Source: the human T2T-CHM13v2.0 reference genome, Homo sapiens. From it: a stretch of DNA of 64,000 bases. Below are positions 1-14,577 of this stretch, one piece after another (position 1 is the stretch's first letter; the number at the start of each line of letters is the position of its first letter). The stretch lies in NCBI RefSeq assembly GCF_009914755.1, contig NC_060933.1. One strand, written 5' to 3'. The position numbers and the translations under genes were made by a program. The notes under the pieces were generated by a model. The model was given only the letters and a program-made list of their open reading frames with translations. It was not told the origin of the DNA and did no database searches.

Positions 1-626
1 GGAGCAGATTCCCGGGGAAGCAGGAGGGGTTCGGGGAAGGAGCAGATCCCCGGGGAAGGAGGAGGGACCCGGACGAGGAGGGGCGCTGCACTCCACGCAG
101 GATGTCTCTCCACCCTGAGCCTGCGGGAGGCCGGTGGCATCTGCAAACTCTGCCACGTGGACAGGCTGCACACTTCTTTCTCCAGGCGTGTTCAGGAAAT
201 GAACTTTTCCTCCTCCTTTTCTGGGCCGTGTCCCGGGAGGCGGGGCCCCAGGCTTTAGGAAGGAAGGCAGCTCTGGCCTGGCAGTCGCTGCTCAGTGAGC
301 CCCCAGCCAGGATGGGGTGGGGGCTGTGCTGGGGCCCTGGTGGGGTCCCCCTCCCACTGGCCTCTCTGCTTGGCTCCAACTTCAGCCTGCACAAGCCGCT
401 CCCCACTCTGCTCGTCCCAAAGCCCAGAGCCTGTGTGGGTTTGCAGAGAGCCTGGGTTTGGGGCTGCAGCCAGGACAGCCACCATTCCAGCCCCGACACA
501 TTCCAAGAGGGTTCCCTGGAAATCCCTAGAGCCCCCAGAGCTTCTCTGACACTGAGCATTAGTGCATTCTGCCCTCAGAGCTGGAGACCCCGGACCCGCA
601 ACTGGCACCAGGGCTTGCTCGTCGCA

Positions 627-1325
627 TCCTCACTCTAGGCCCCAGTTCCTCACTCTAGGCCCCAGTTCCTCACTCTAGGCCCCAGTTCCTCACTCTAGGT
701 CCCAGTTCCTCACTCTAGGCCCCAGTTCCTCACTCTAGGTCCCAGTTCCTACTCTAGGCCCCAGTTCCTCACTCTAGGCCCCAGTTCCTCACTCTAGGCC
801 CCAGTTCCTCACTCTAGGCCCCAGTTCCTCACTCTAGGTGCCAGTTCCTCACTCTAGGCCTCAGTTCCTCACTGTAAGCCTCAGTCCTTCACTCTAGGCC
901 CCAGTTCCTACTCTAGGCCCCAGTTCCTCACTCTAGGCCCCAGTTCCTCACTCTAGGCCCCAGTTCCTCACTCTAGGCCTCAGTTCCTAACTCTAGGCCC
1001 CAGTTCCTCACTCTAGGCCCCAGTTCCTCACTCTAGGCCCCAGTTCCTCACTCTAGGCCCCAGTTCCTCACTCTAGGCCCCAGTTCCTCACTCTAGGCCC
1101 CAGTTCCTCACTCTAGGCCCCAGTTCCTCACTCTAGGTCCCAGTTCCTCACTCTAGGCCCCAGTTCCTCACTCTAGGCCCCAGTTCCTCACTCTAGGCCC
1201 CAGTTCCTCACTCTAAGCCTCAGTCCTTCACTCTAGGCGCCAGTTCCTCACTCTAGGCCCCAGTTCCTCACTCTAGGTCTCAGTTCCTCACTCTAAGCCT
1301 CAGTCCTTCACTCTAGGCCTCAGTT
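627..1325. repeat. 20-bp minisatellite (CACTCTAGGCCCCAGTTCCT)n, ~35 copies
   Basis: Tandem 20-mers read directly, with recurring variant units (CTCTAAGCCTCAGTCCTTCA) and two 1-bp-deleted units. Confidence 0.97.
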
Positions 1326-1599
1326 TGCCCATCTTTGTGAAGAGCAAGGTGGCCCTGAGACGGGTATCCACAAGCTGTGTGGGTTAAGATACAGGCTTTA
1401 GTGTTGGATGGCTGAGGGTCTGGGTTCCAGTGTGGCCAAGTCGGCCTGAGCCTGTTTCCCTGCCTATCAATAGGTGGATGAGAGGCCACACGGAGCCTGG
1501 CACCGCTGGGAAGGGCTGCTGTAGCCACTTCACCCACCCAGCGCTCCCGAGTTGCCTTCTCTGGGGTGTTCTAGAGACTGCTGGCCAGAGGACTTCATG

Positions 1600-1714
1600 G
1601 AGCCTTGAGCTCAGCCCTCCCAGCCTCCAGATGGTGATAAATACATTTCTGTTCTTTATAAATTGCCCGGTCTGGGGGTAGTTTTCTTTTATCGTGGCTC
1701 AAATGGACTAAGAC
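1600..1714 (+). mobile_element. MaLR LTR 3' fragment (MST/MLT1-like)
   Basis: CCAGCCTCCAGA...AAATACATTTCTGTTCTTTATAAATTGCCC...AATGGACTAAGACA is a typical MaLR LTR end. Confidence 0.7.
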
Positions 1715-3284
1715 AGAAGGGAAAGAAGAAGCCAGATTGGGTGGAAAAGGCGGCTGCATAGTGGTGCAGGCCTCATAAGGCCTAGTCCAGCCCTCTGGGG
1801 ACCCCCAGAAAAGTGTCCTGCACCTCACTGCGTCCTGCCTGTTGGTGTCCTGCGGCACACGGCCGTGGCTCACCTACAGAGCGTGGGAAGGGGCATGACC
1901 TAGGGTGCGGAGGAGCTGCCAGCTGGAGGCTGTGTGCTAGCCACTCCCCGGGGCCGGGTGACAGGTCCCTCCTGAAGGGAAACCAGGGCAGCCGTCCCTG
2001 TGCCAACCACAGCAGGTCCTATGGAGAGGCCGGACCGATCACTCTTGGGAAGGCGGGCCCCACACTCTCATTTTATAGGTATTGAAACTGAGGTCAGACG
2101 GTGTGAAAGGGGCTTTTCCAAGGACCGGCCAGCAGCCATGTGGTGGACGGGGATGGAACTCAGTGGGGCTGGAGCCCTGTTTCTGGTCTGTCCTCCCGTG
2201 GGCAGCTGCTCAATGCAGCAGGTTGCGACGTCTATTTTGTTTGCCACTGTAGCCATGTCTGGGAATGGCTTAGCCATTTCTATTTTGAGCACCAACTGTG
2301 TGCCAGGCTGATGATTTTCCCAGAGAGGGGCTGGATGCATGCACAGCCTGGTCATTCTCACCAAGCTCCTGCCAGCTCTGCCACCAAGGAAACACCTGGC
2401 ACTTGCAGCCGGCGCCTTCCGCAGGCTCCTGCACCCACAGCAACTCCAGCTGGGATTCTCTAAGCCTCCAGGGGCCAGGGCTTACCAGATGAGCTGCTGA
2501 GGGGCAGATGGATGAGCAGAACCACCCCTCCGCGAGGTCCTGCTGTCCCTGGCGGTGTGAGGTGGGGTGGAAGGTCCTTCTTCGGGTGTGCCCATGTGCC
2601 GGGCTGCTTGGCATGCTGAGACCCGGAGGGAGCCGGGCACAGCTGACGAGACCTTGGATGCCCTTTCAGACTTGTGAAGGAGGGAAAAGCTTCTTGTTTT
2701 AGTTTGCTCATGGGTTGGCAGGAGTAGTGACCTTTTAGTCATTGTATAAAGCAGCAATAAAATGTGATTTCGGGAGGAACTACTGGGTGGGAGACACCCG
2801 CGCTGACCTGCACGGGGCTCCCATGGGGGAGATCTGTCTGCCGGGCTAGGTGGGCCTCCTTGCTAGGCTCTGACTCACCTTGGCAATGGCGTGACCGAGT
2901 AGTGCAGTGGCTGGACTGAGAAGGACGAGCGGTCACGTGGTGTCTGGGCTGGAGGCACCATCCTCACCCCGTCTGTCCAATGAGGTCTGTCCTGGCTGAG
3001 TCTGGTGGCCTCTCTAGGACACGACGCTCATGTGGTCCATCCCTGGGGAGACCTGTCCTTCTTCCTTGGACCCAGTCACTCCGAATCTGTTTCCTGGTGG
3101 ACTCCTTTGTTCTCAAATATCCATTGCTCTTGTGTGTATGCTCGTGTGTGATGGAAAACATTCTGGGCAGTGTTTTGGCCACTCTCTCTATAGTTGACAG
3201 AAACAAGAGAAAGCCCAGGACCCATATGTTTGTCCGTGGCCGAGGGAGAGGCCTCTAACCTCCTCTGCAGATGGCCAGGGGGTC

Positions 3285-3624
3285 TGTTACGGACTGAACT
3301 GTGTACTCCCCCTGCCTTCATATGTTGAAGTCCCAGCTCCTGGTGTCACTGTGCTTGGAGATGAGGGCTTTCTGGAGGTGATTAAAAGAGGGCATAAGGA
3401 TGGGGCCCTGATCCCATAGGATCAATGTCCTTATAGGAAGAGATGAGAGGACTCCCTCTTCTTTCTCTCTCTCCCCACTATGTGTGGACATGAGGCAGGG
3501 AGAGGGCCCTCATTGGAAACCAATTGGCCAGCACCCTGATCTTGTACTTCCTAGGAATAGATGTCTGTTGCTTAAGCCCTCCAGTCTGTGGTATTTGTTA
3601 TGGGCACCTGAGCAGAAGAAGACA
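3285..3624 (+). mobile_element. MaLR solo LTR (MLT1A/B-like)
   Basis: Starts TGTTACGGACTGAACTGTGT and ends AAGACA. Internal CATATGTTGAAGTCC and TAAGCC..CAGTCTGTGGTATTTGTTATG motifs. GGTC flanks both ends (partial TSD). Confidence 0.85.
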
Positions 3625-4071
3625 GGTCCAAATGCCTTAATGCTTCTCTAACTAGTTCTCTACCAAATGGTTTCAGAGAGCCAGGAACGATGCTAAAGCT
3701 TCCTGATTCGTGACCCTGGCTAAGCAAATGTAACGGCCCCATTGACTCGCAGCCATTGGAGAACTGAGCTTAAGAATCTTTTGGCGGTCTGGAAACTTGG
3801 AAAAAGAAAGGGGCAACGTATCCCACTTGAGCCAAGGTAGGTTCCCAAATCACAAATGGCTCAGAAATCCGGGGGCCTGAGTGTGTTTTGGGGTTTGGGC
3901 CCCTCTCTCTTGCCAATGGGTCTTGGGAGCCACGGTGCGCTCCAATATGTGACTAGTGTTTTGTACTTTACAGTGCAGTCCTTTAAATTGCAGAAATTAT
4001 TTTATCTAAAATGCTTCAGTATATAAATCATCTCTCCACTATTGCTACCAAGTGTGTGGCTGCCCTGCAGT

Positions 4072-4420
4072 GGGTCTAGTACCTAGTGCTGCATGACTGT
4101 GGCCCAAACTGAGCAGCTGAGAGCAACACACAGTTATTACCCCATAGTTTCTGTGGGGCAAGAGCCTGGGCATGACCTGACTGGGGCCTCTGCAAGGCTG
4201 CAGCCAAGGTGTTGGCCAGAGCCGGGGTCTCATCTGGAGGCTCAGCTGGGGAAGAGTCTGCTTTCAAGCTCCCGTGGCTGTCAGGAGGTCTGAGGTCCTT
4301 GTGGGCTGTCACACCGAGGGCTCCAGTTTCTTGCTGGCTGGAGGCTGAAGGCTGCCCCTAGGCCTCTCCCTCATGGCACTGTCTTCATCACAGCCCATGA
4401 GTGAGAGCGTCTCCTAGCAT
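4072..4420 (-). mobile_element. MLT1F-like LTR (partial; putative 3' LTR)
   Basis: CAACACACAGTTATTA..CATAGTTTCTGTGG..AAGGCTGCAGCCAAGGTGTTGGCC..GTCTCATCTGGAGGCTC; similar to 6398-6967. Confidence 0.7.
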
Positions 4421-5444
4421 GCCTTCAAGCTCCCTAGAGGTTCTCTGGTTCCATTGAGAACATCCATGAGGCCAGTCTTTATCTCCTTACAGGACTGTTT
4501 GTTTGTGTGACCTGGTACTTTTAGCATCTGGTTTTTCTGAATTTTAGCAGAAGTTTCTGCAGTCACAATCTCAGGTTTTCCACCAGGCCATACTTTCCCG
4601 GCTGCTCAGAAGACATTTCTCTGTCTCCCCTGCTCTTCCCCATCTTGAATGTGGATGTCCTGGCTGGGAACACAGCAGCCAACTCGTGAGTGTGGGTAAC
4701 AAGCAGGGACAAAAGACCACCAGAGTCACAGAGACGCAGCTGCGGTGACACCGAGGTGAGAATCATTACCAGCAGCCACTTATCTCAGGACTGTGGGGTA
4801 AGAAAAATAAACTCCTAGTGATTGCGACCATGAGATTTTGTTTAGGTGTATATTGCTACCTGAAGCTGACAGTATTAGATACCATGAATTTGAAGGTCAT
4901 CCCTTGGTCATTAACATGTAAGCAGAGAAAAAAGTGTGGCCCGGAACAGTCTGGGGCATGCCCATGAGAAAGCAGGAGAGGGGGAAGCCCAGGAGAGCAG
5001 AGGAGCCGCTGTGTGTGGCAGCAGAGCCAGGAGCACTGGCAGAAGGAGCCAGGAGCGCAGCAGACACCCCGTGGCCCCACCTGTGCTTCTGCGTTTCTTA
5101 ATTTCAGCACCATTTACCACTGAGAGGGGCTGAGAATTTTCAAAATCATCAAGTCCTTGTTCCTTTTTTTTTTTTTTTTTTAACAGTTCTGTCCTCAATA
5201 TATCTCTTTCTTCTTGCTTTGTACTGTAAGCAGCAAAAAGAAACCAAACAGTACCTCCCATACTTTTCAGGGAAGCCTCTTTAGCTCAGTAGCCCAGCCC
5301 AGTCTCAACCCATCCTCCTTGCCGCATACCTGCAGGTGACGATTTTGCTGAACTTGCTCTTAACGACTTTGCAAGCATCTCCCTCCCTCCGGTTTTCAGT
5401 GACGTTGTCCTTGCTTGCTTCCGAGTCCTCTCTGGCAGTGATCT

Positions 5445-6224
<780 letters not shown>

Positions 6225-6397
6225 TCTGGCAGTCATCTGAAAGCTCAGATTTCCACCAACAGTTTGCTCAAAGCAAATTAGGCTTTCTCTACCACAGTCT
6301 CCCAAATCACCCTCTGCCCCTGTCCAGTTCCAAAGCTGCCCCAACACTTCTAGGTATTCCTTATGGCAGCCCCCCACTTCCAGGTACTAAATTACCT

Positions 6398-6967
6398 GTT
6401 AGTTACTTAGTGCCGTATGACAACATTACCGCAAAGTGATTGGCTTAAAACAACACACGTTTATTATCTCAGTTTTCTGGGGTCGGGCACAGCTTAGCAG
6501 GGTCTTCATCTTCAGGGTCTCAGAGGCAGCCATCACGGGTGTCGGTTGCATCTTCGGTCTCATCTGCAGACCTGTCTGGGAGGGATCCCTCCCCAGTGCT
6601 CGTGGTCATTGGCAGAATCTGCTTCCTTGTGGTTGTGGGGCTGAGGGCCTCCATCTCTTGCAGGCTGTTGGCCGGAGGTCATCTCAGCTCCTAGCTGGGT
6701 ATTAGCTGGAGGCTGTCCTCAGTCCAGTGCCGTGGGCCTCCCCAGCTTGGCTGCGTGTGGCAGCAAATCCAGCCAGGCGGTCCTCAGCAAGAGAGACATC
6801 ACAATCTCACAGGTGGTCAGTGCCGGAGGGATGCCTTCCACCTTTACCACACTCCATGGGTTAAAAACAACTCATGGGTCTCACCCATATTCAACGGGAG
6901 GGGACTACCCAAGAGCCTGCATTCTGGGGGGCAGGGTAACTGGGGCCATCTTAGGCGCTGTCTACCA
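6398..6967 (-). mobile_element. MLT1F-like LTR (putative 5' LTR)
   Basis: TGTTAGTTAC..GGCTTAAAACAACACACGTTTATTATCTCAG..GGGGCCATCTTAGG..TCTACCA. Confidence 0.8.
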
Positions 6968-7009
6968 TGACGAGGCTGTCACCTTCTGAATTGCTTACTC
7001 TCCTTTTGG

Positions 7010-7170
7010 TCCCCCAGATCCACTCGGCTCTCTTCTCTTCTGCGTCCTGCTCTATGGCCTGGGAAGCTGATCTCCAAGGATCGCATTCCTAGGGCTCTCT
7101 GGCCCATGGGCTTCCCGTTGGGTTTGCCCAATGGACAGCCATGGCAGAAGATCAAAGGGAAGATGGCAGG
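7010..7170. mobile_element. Old ERVL LTR fragment (LTR16/LTR33 class)
   Basis: CCTGCTCTATGGCCTGGGAAGCTGATCTC..GGCTTCCCGTTGGGTTTGCCCAATGG resembles the recalled consensus. Confidence 0.45.
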
Positions 7171-8489
7171 AAGCTGTCCCCCACTCCTCGCCTGGCTGAG
7201 TTCTGGCGATGGCTGCCATCCAGGGTCCTGAGTCCCACCAGGTATGGTCACCATGCTTGCACCGCTAGTGCCTCTGGGGCTGTGATGGCAAAGGCGTCCA
7301 CCTGGGGCAGCCCTGCCCTTGCACTCGGTTCCTTCGACCTCTGGGATTTAGCTTTCTGTGTCCTGCTGGCCCTGACTGGTCCACCTCCTTCCTGGGTTGG
7401 CCATTCTGGGAGGAAGTGTCCCTAAATGTCCTAAATGTCTCTTGTTTATTGCAGTTTTTACCCCTTGAAGTGAGAAAGAACACGTCTACAACCCTCCCTC
7501 ATTCCAGAGGCTGTGTTTTTGCCCTTTGGTCATGCAGATGGGGCTAAAGCGAAGTTACAACATTGGAAAATGTCTTCTTAACGTCACACTGATCTCCTTA
7601 AGGCAACGAGCCCCACATGCTCTCTGAGGCCTGTGCACGTGTTCTGAGGACCCAGTTATGTGCTGCGTGATTCCAGAGGTGAACAGACCCTCACAGATCA
7701 CCTCTCCTCACCCTCTCATGAGAGGGAAACTGAGGCTCAGGGGGAGAATTGGCAAAGGTTACACTTGGTGGTGGGTTTGGAATCTGCCCTGTGGACGCCC
7801 GACTAACCATTTCTGCCAGATGCGCGTGGGAAGTAAAATGGGAAGAGGTGCTCCATAGGAGGAGGGGACGTGGGTACAGTCACGTGGACCCGTGAGCCGG
7901 TCACCTGCGAGGCACCAGGGCCTACAGGAAAGGTGCCCGCTGTCGGCTTCCGCAGGGAATTTCGTTATCTTTGTGAGGTAGGGTGGAACTTGCATCCTGA
8001 ACATTAAAGTTTACATGCCAAGGAGGGCGGTGGAGTCCTTGGAACTTCCTGCCTCCCCCTGAGGCTGCCTCCCCATGCGATTGACCTGGTCTGGCTGGGC
8101 CTGATGCTGGGCTCAAAGAGAACACAGGTCTCACCCTCCTATGTGGCGTGTGGTGAAGACTAAGGAGGTCCCCAGGACCCTGAGGGTTGCCCTTGGGTGC
8201 ATTGGAGTAGAGGCCAGGGAAGTCCATGTCCTTTCCGAGCCAGGCCTTGCCGCCGAGGTACAGCCACAGTGTCCCCCTTCCAGCTGCAGAGCCGCTGCTT
8301 CCTCATCTGTCAGGTGGGAACAACGACCCCCACTCTGTGCACCTCACTGGCAGTAGCGAGCACGAAGTGTGAGGGTGGACTCTGCAAGGTGGAAGCCATG
8401 TCCCTGCAGGTTGCATCTGTGCTGCCTGCCCTGCTGAGGGACGGGAACAGCAGCATAGCCTTCGGTACCACGTACCTTGTTTGTCAAAA

Positions 8490-9590
8490 CTGGACCTGCC
8501 ACAGCGCGGTGGCCCTTCTCCTGGGGAAACACACTGTGCCCCAGGAGGTGTGTGGACAAACACCTTCACAGCACTGATGCTGAGACAGCCAGAGCCCAGA
8601 AACGCCCAGCCGCCCCCGGTAGGAAAATGAATAAGTAAATTGGGGCAATTGGAGATTGTGATGTCTCTCTTGCTGAAGACCACCTGGCTGGATTTGCTGG
8701 GGTGGGACCCAGACCGGGACGTTTTCATACACACAAAACGGGCTGTGCCAGGTGGCCTTCTCCAGGGCACGGTGGGTGGGGGAGTCTCAGGCTGCCACGT
8801 GCCTGGCAGGCTTGGGACGAGGTGAAGGGAGGTGAGTGTTCGTGGGGATGCTGGGACCCCATTCGGGCCAGGTCAATCACATGGGGAGATACAGTATCAA
8901 CAGTAAAGGATCTTTAGATATGTAAACACACAGATAAGTGGCCGGTGTAATGTGCAGAAAATGCTAAACAACAGAATGCAATAATACAAAGTTCCAAAGC
9001 AGGCAACCCTAAACTCCATGTTCTTAGGGATGAACATAGAGGGGAGGAAGCTGGCTGGGCTCAGTAGCTCACACCTGTAATCCCAGCACTTTGGGAGGCC
9101 GAGGTGGGTGGATCACCTCAGGTCAGGAGTTCGAGACCAGCCTGGCCAACATGGTGAAACCCTGTCTCTACTAAAAATCCAAAAATTAGCCGGGCTTGGT
9201 GGTGCATGCCTGTAATCCCAGCTACTCAGGAGGCCGAGGCAGGAGAATCACTTGAACCCAGGAGGTGGAGGTTGAACTAAGCTGAGATCGCACCAAGCTG
9301 AGATCGCACCAGTGCACTCCAGCTTGGGCAACAGAGCAAGACTCTGTTTCAAAAAAAAAAAGGAGGAAGCTGTGAAGACAAGCAAGGGAGTTGTTAGCAC
9401 ACAGCCAAGTGGGGAGGTGGTGCCAACTGCCAGTCTGTGTCCTGACTACCAACATCCTTGCCCCTGGGGAGGATGTGGCTGGCTGCCCATTGGGTATTGC
9501 TGGGACCAGATGCTGGGTCCCATAAAAGCCTCCTGTGCCACCCCCATGCCCTCCGTCCTTCCTTCATTAACTGGATGTTGGGTGGACACT
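8490..9590 (+). mobile_element. Ancient L1ME 3'-end fragments, interrupted by a templated insert and an Alu
   Basis: GAAAATGAATAAGTAAATTG, AAAGTTCCAAAGCAGGCAACCCTAAAC..TTAGGGATG motifs. Confidence 0.55.
9053..9361 (+). mobile_element. AluSx-like
   Basis: Full dimer, poly(A), TSD GGAGGAAGCT; internal 16-bp duplication AAGCTGAGATCGCACC. Confidence 0.95.
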
Positions 9591-9725
9591 GATGCCCAGA
9601 GTGACTTTGGGAAACCCTCTGTGCCAGATGGCAGAGCATCTATCAGCTCAGGCCCCTGAACCTGGCCTAGAATCCTGTGCTACCTGCCCCTTGCCAATTG
9701 GACTTTATCTAAGCAAGAAGCAAAT

Positions 9726-9930
9726 TTTCCTTTTCTCTCTCTCTCTTTCTTTTCTTTCTTTTCTTTCCTTCCTTTTCTTTCTTTCTTTTCTTTCCTTCTT
9801 TCTTTCTCTCTCTCCCTCTTTCTTTCTTTCTCTTTCTTCTTATTTCTTTCTCTCTTTCTTTTCTTTCTTTTTTTCCTTCCTTCTCTCTCTTTCCTCTTTT
9901 CTTTTCTTCTTTTCTTTTCTATTCTTTCTT
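9726..9930. repeat. CT/CTTT-rich polypyrimidine tract (expanded Alu tail)
   Basis: About 200 bp of almost pure C/T adjoining an antisense Alu. Confidence 0.9.
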
Positions 9931-10223
<293 letters not shown>

Positions 10224-10257
10224 TAAACCACTGAGATCTGGGATCCATATGTGATAG

Positions 10258-10452
10258 CAGGAGTCAGCAAACTGTGACCCAGGCCACATGTGGCCTGCTG
10301 CCTGCTTCTTGCGGCCCTAAGGTCTTGCATCTTTCAAGGTGTACCTTTCCACTGGGCACCTACATGCCAGCATCATAGTTTCAATTTGCCCCGTGGCTCA
10401 TATGGCTTAAAACACTGACTACCTGGTGCTTCAGGAGAAGGCTTTCTGCGTC
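10258..10452. mobile_element. MER58-like hAT-Charlie MITE
   Basis: CAGGAGTCAGCAAACT..GGCCACATGTGGCCTGCTGCCTG start. Confidence 0.55.
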
Positions 10453-10462
10453 TGGCATGGCT

Positions 10463-10760
10463 GCCTTAGGTCAGGGTCCCTTGGAAGCAGCCTCTGACAG
10501 AATACTTGAGTGTGAGTAGTTTATTTGTGGGGGTGATCCCAAGAAGCTCTGATACGGAAGTGAGGTACGTGAGCAAGCTGGCCACCACTGTGAGAAATTT
10601 GGGTGCAGTCCCCAGGGGACCTCTGGATGACAGTGGTGAATCCCCCTGAGTGTTCCGTCTGAGGGAGAGGAAGCTGGGGCATTTCTCCCCACTCCTGTCC
10701 CTCGCCACAGACAGAGACCAGAGAAACTCTAAATTAGAGGCTGCAGGTCAGGGAGTGCCG
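10463..10760 (-). mobile_element. Old ERVL/MaLR LTR fragment
   Basis: TTAGGTCAGGGTCCCTTGGAAGCAG..GAGTAGTTTATTTGTGGGGGTGATCCCAAGAAG. Confidence 0.55.
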
Positions 10761-12662
10761 GGGAACGGGCAGCGTCAGCCACAGCTGCCTTTGCTGAGAC
10801 CTTTGCTGAAACCCCTTCACTGGACAGATGAGAAACCAAGGCTAACGGGGGTAAAGCATCATGCTCCAGGCTGTGAAGACAGGAAGAGGCAGAGCCGGCC
10901 TGTGTCTAGGCCCGGCTGCTCCTGGGCAGGGGTCTTCCTGCTCTCCTACCTCACTGGATTTCCCAAGCTCAGCCTGGTGGGGTGTGGCAGAGGCTGGTGG
11001 GGCCTGGCAGGGGTTATGAGGTATGTCCGAGTCTCCTGGCAACGGGGATCGCACCCAGGCTGGCCCAGCGCCTTTGCCCCGCAAGCCAGGGAGCGGTGCC
11101 ATTGCTCCAGGAAGTCGCCTGGCCTGAGACTTTCCTAAATTCTACCCAGACTCAGCGCCCAGAGCCTGGTGAGTCCTAGGTGCCCGGGCCAGGCCTTCAG
11201 ATGTGGATTTTCCATGGAAGGCAGAGCCGGGCTGGCACTGCGGGCGTGCGCCTCACGCCTACACAGCACTCGGTTCTGGAATTGGCTCCTCAGCCTGTGA
11301 TGCTGTGGGCTAGAGAGTTTACCCAGGGATAATAACCGTGGGCTCATGAAATCACAGGATTCCTGGGGCTGGGTGGGACCATGGAGAGGGCTCTGCGGCC
11401 TCTCCTTGTTGGATGGAGGGGGAGAGTGGCCCAGGCAGGGAAGGGAGTGTCCAAGCCTCGAAGCCGCTCGTGGTGGGACCCAGGGACCCAGACCGGGACT
11501 TTTTCACACACACAAAACGGGCAGTGCCAGATGGCCTTCTCCAGGAAATGGTGGGTGGGGGAGTCCTAGGCTGCCACGTGCCTGGCGGGCTTGGGACAAA
11601 GTGGAGGGAGGTGCTTGCCGGCGAGTGTTCATGGGGACGCTGGGAAGAACCGCGTGGTGGCTCTGTCCTACCTCGCAGGGTGCCTCTTCCTGGCCAGGAC
11701 CAGGCTCTGCCCAGTGTGGGGGCCTTTTTTCTCCTAGTGTCTATACCACGCTGCCTCTGCCACCTTACGGGAGGTTCCTTCCATGATAATCTCTCTGCCA
11801 ACTCATTACAAATCATTTGTTTCTCTACAAAGAGCATCCGTGCTCATTGTGGACAATTCAAACAGTTGAGCCAGGTTCACTTGGGAGGGAAAATCTCCCC
11901 AGATCCGACGATCAGAGACAGAGACAGAGCTCCGCTGAAACGCCCCAGCCTGGAAATCCATGGTGAATGAACTCTGCGTGGCCCACGCTCCTCACCATCC
12001 GTGTGTTTGTCCATCAGCAGTTTCAGTGGCCACCGCTGTCATGAGGATGTTGTTGCTCTTCAGATGGAGAGACCTCAGCACCCTCCCAGCTGGGTCACTC
12101 ACCCTCCCCTGCTCCATGCAGGCAGAGCTGTGAGCTGAGCCCACATCCCCATGGGCCCAGCCCTCTTGCCCCCCTTCTCCCTGCTATGTGCCCTAGAGCA
12201 TGGTCATGCCTGAGTTTCTGTACCACCAGTTAGCTGGAGAGGGAGAACCTCCAGATCTGGGTTTGAGCCCAAATCATAGGCCCCAGTCGGCTTTGCTGGA
12301 GTTCCCATCAGGCGGCATGGAACCACAGCCCTGATGGGAAGAAGCTGGGCACACTGACCGTCAGGGGCTCATCTCTCCTGTGCGGACCCCTTCCTCAGTG
12401 AGGAGGGACGGTAGGCAGGGCTGAACTTGGCAGTCCCGCATGTTCTAGGGCACCATATGGGTGCCCCATGCCACGAGCACAGCAAACCCTCTTTCCTTCA
12501 GTCTGCTGGTGAGGGACTTTTAGGGGATGCCCATTGATTTGTTAATACAGATAACGCTCCCTGAACCTTCTGAACTTGGCTTATTACTTCTGAGGCTGGC
12601 TTCGCAGGTCAGGACTACAGATTCTGAACAAATGCCTTTTCTTATATTTTGATGCCAACTGA

Positions 12663-13418
<756 letters not shown>

Positions 13419-14036
13419 TGAGCTTCCCCTGCTGAGAACTGGTGCCTCGGTTCCGCCCAGTGACGAGGGCGCTGGGAAACGTCCCTGCAGGCAGCTGCTT
13501 CCCACAGTGACTGTGCCTCGGAGAGAGTCAGAGCCTGATGGGCCGGCGGCCACCTCTGCCGAGCTCTGTCCTTGGGATCCTGCCCTGTTGCCCTGCCTGG
13601 GGGGATTTTAACCGTCTGTGATCTCATCAGTGTTGTGCTGATTTCGTGGTCAAACCATCAGAGTTTGGGGACGTCTGCTATCTGCCTGCGGAAGCTCCAC
13701 GTTGCATTTTTCATTCCAGTGTGAGATGAGGGGCAGAGGGAAACTGCCAGTGCCAAGCCGTGCTTTTCGTTAGCTCAGTGGGGGAGCAAGCTCCCTCGCT
13801 CCCCTACCAGCTGCCCCTCCTGCATTTCACCCAGTCGCCCGGGATCAGGGAAGCAGAAGGAGGGTGCTTGGACAGAGGCATCTTTCTGATGGAAGCAGGA
13901 GGAAGTACCCTTGGAGGGGCTGATTCTGAGCATCCAGGTCACCCCCCTGCCCACCGCCTATGCCATGGCAGATGTTGCTAATTGGCCGCCAAGCCCAGAA
14001 GGAGTCTCAGACCCCTTCTTTACACAGTGCCCTTGG

Positions 14037-14577
14037 TGAAAATAAATGAAGGCCACCCAAGTGAGAACAGGCAGAGGCTGACTCTAGCACGGGAGTCGGC
14101 CACTGTCACTTATGTTTTAGCAGAGGCTCAAAGGCAGGCAGAGAAGTAGAAAAACCTGATACCATAGAGGACAAAAGGGAAGACTTCAGGTGAGCCCTGG
14201 TTGGAGGCTGTTGGTGTTGGGAAGCTGGAAGTGGTTGATTAGAAGCAGTGTCCTGTGCAATGGGCTAGGGATACAGATTTAGTTTTCTCTGGTTGGTCCT
14301 AAGTTGGAAGGAAGGAAAATGTTAGGAAACATACCAGTTATTCATCAAGTCCAGGCCACTTTGGGCAGATTGTTACAGGGGTTACTGTTTGGCTTCTTGG
14401 ACTGTTTGCAAGAGACAGTGGTCTGACGTTCTCTGCAAGGCAGACTTGTGGGTGGCAGGCGGCTTCCTGGGCTGATTGTGGTGGGTAATGCATTGTGTCC
14501 TGGGTGGGTTGCTGCGGATTGTGGGTCAGAGTCCTGTTTTTATATGCGATCTGGCCATTGCCGACTTGTATACACAA
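14037..14577 (-). mobile_element. ERV solo LTR (family not determined)
   Basis: About 540 bp with TG...CA ends. GAAGGCCAC..GGGAGTCGGCCACTGTCACTT..CAAAGGCAGGCAGAG resembles a recalled MER/LTR consensus. Confidence 0.55.

Noticed and set aside
1-80. GGAGCAGAT.CCCGGGGAAG repeat at the window edge
   Set aside because: Only about two degenerate copies are visible and the window truncates it, so it cannot be characterised.
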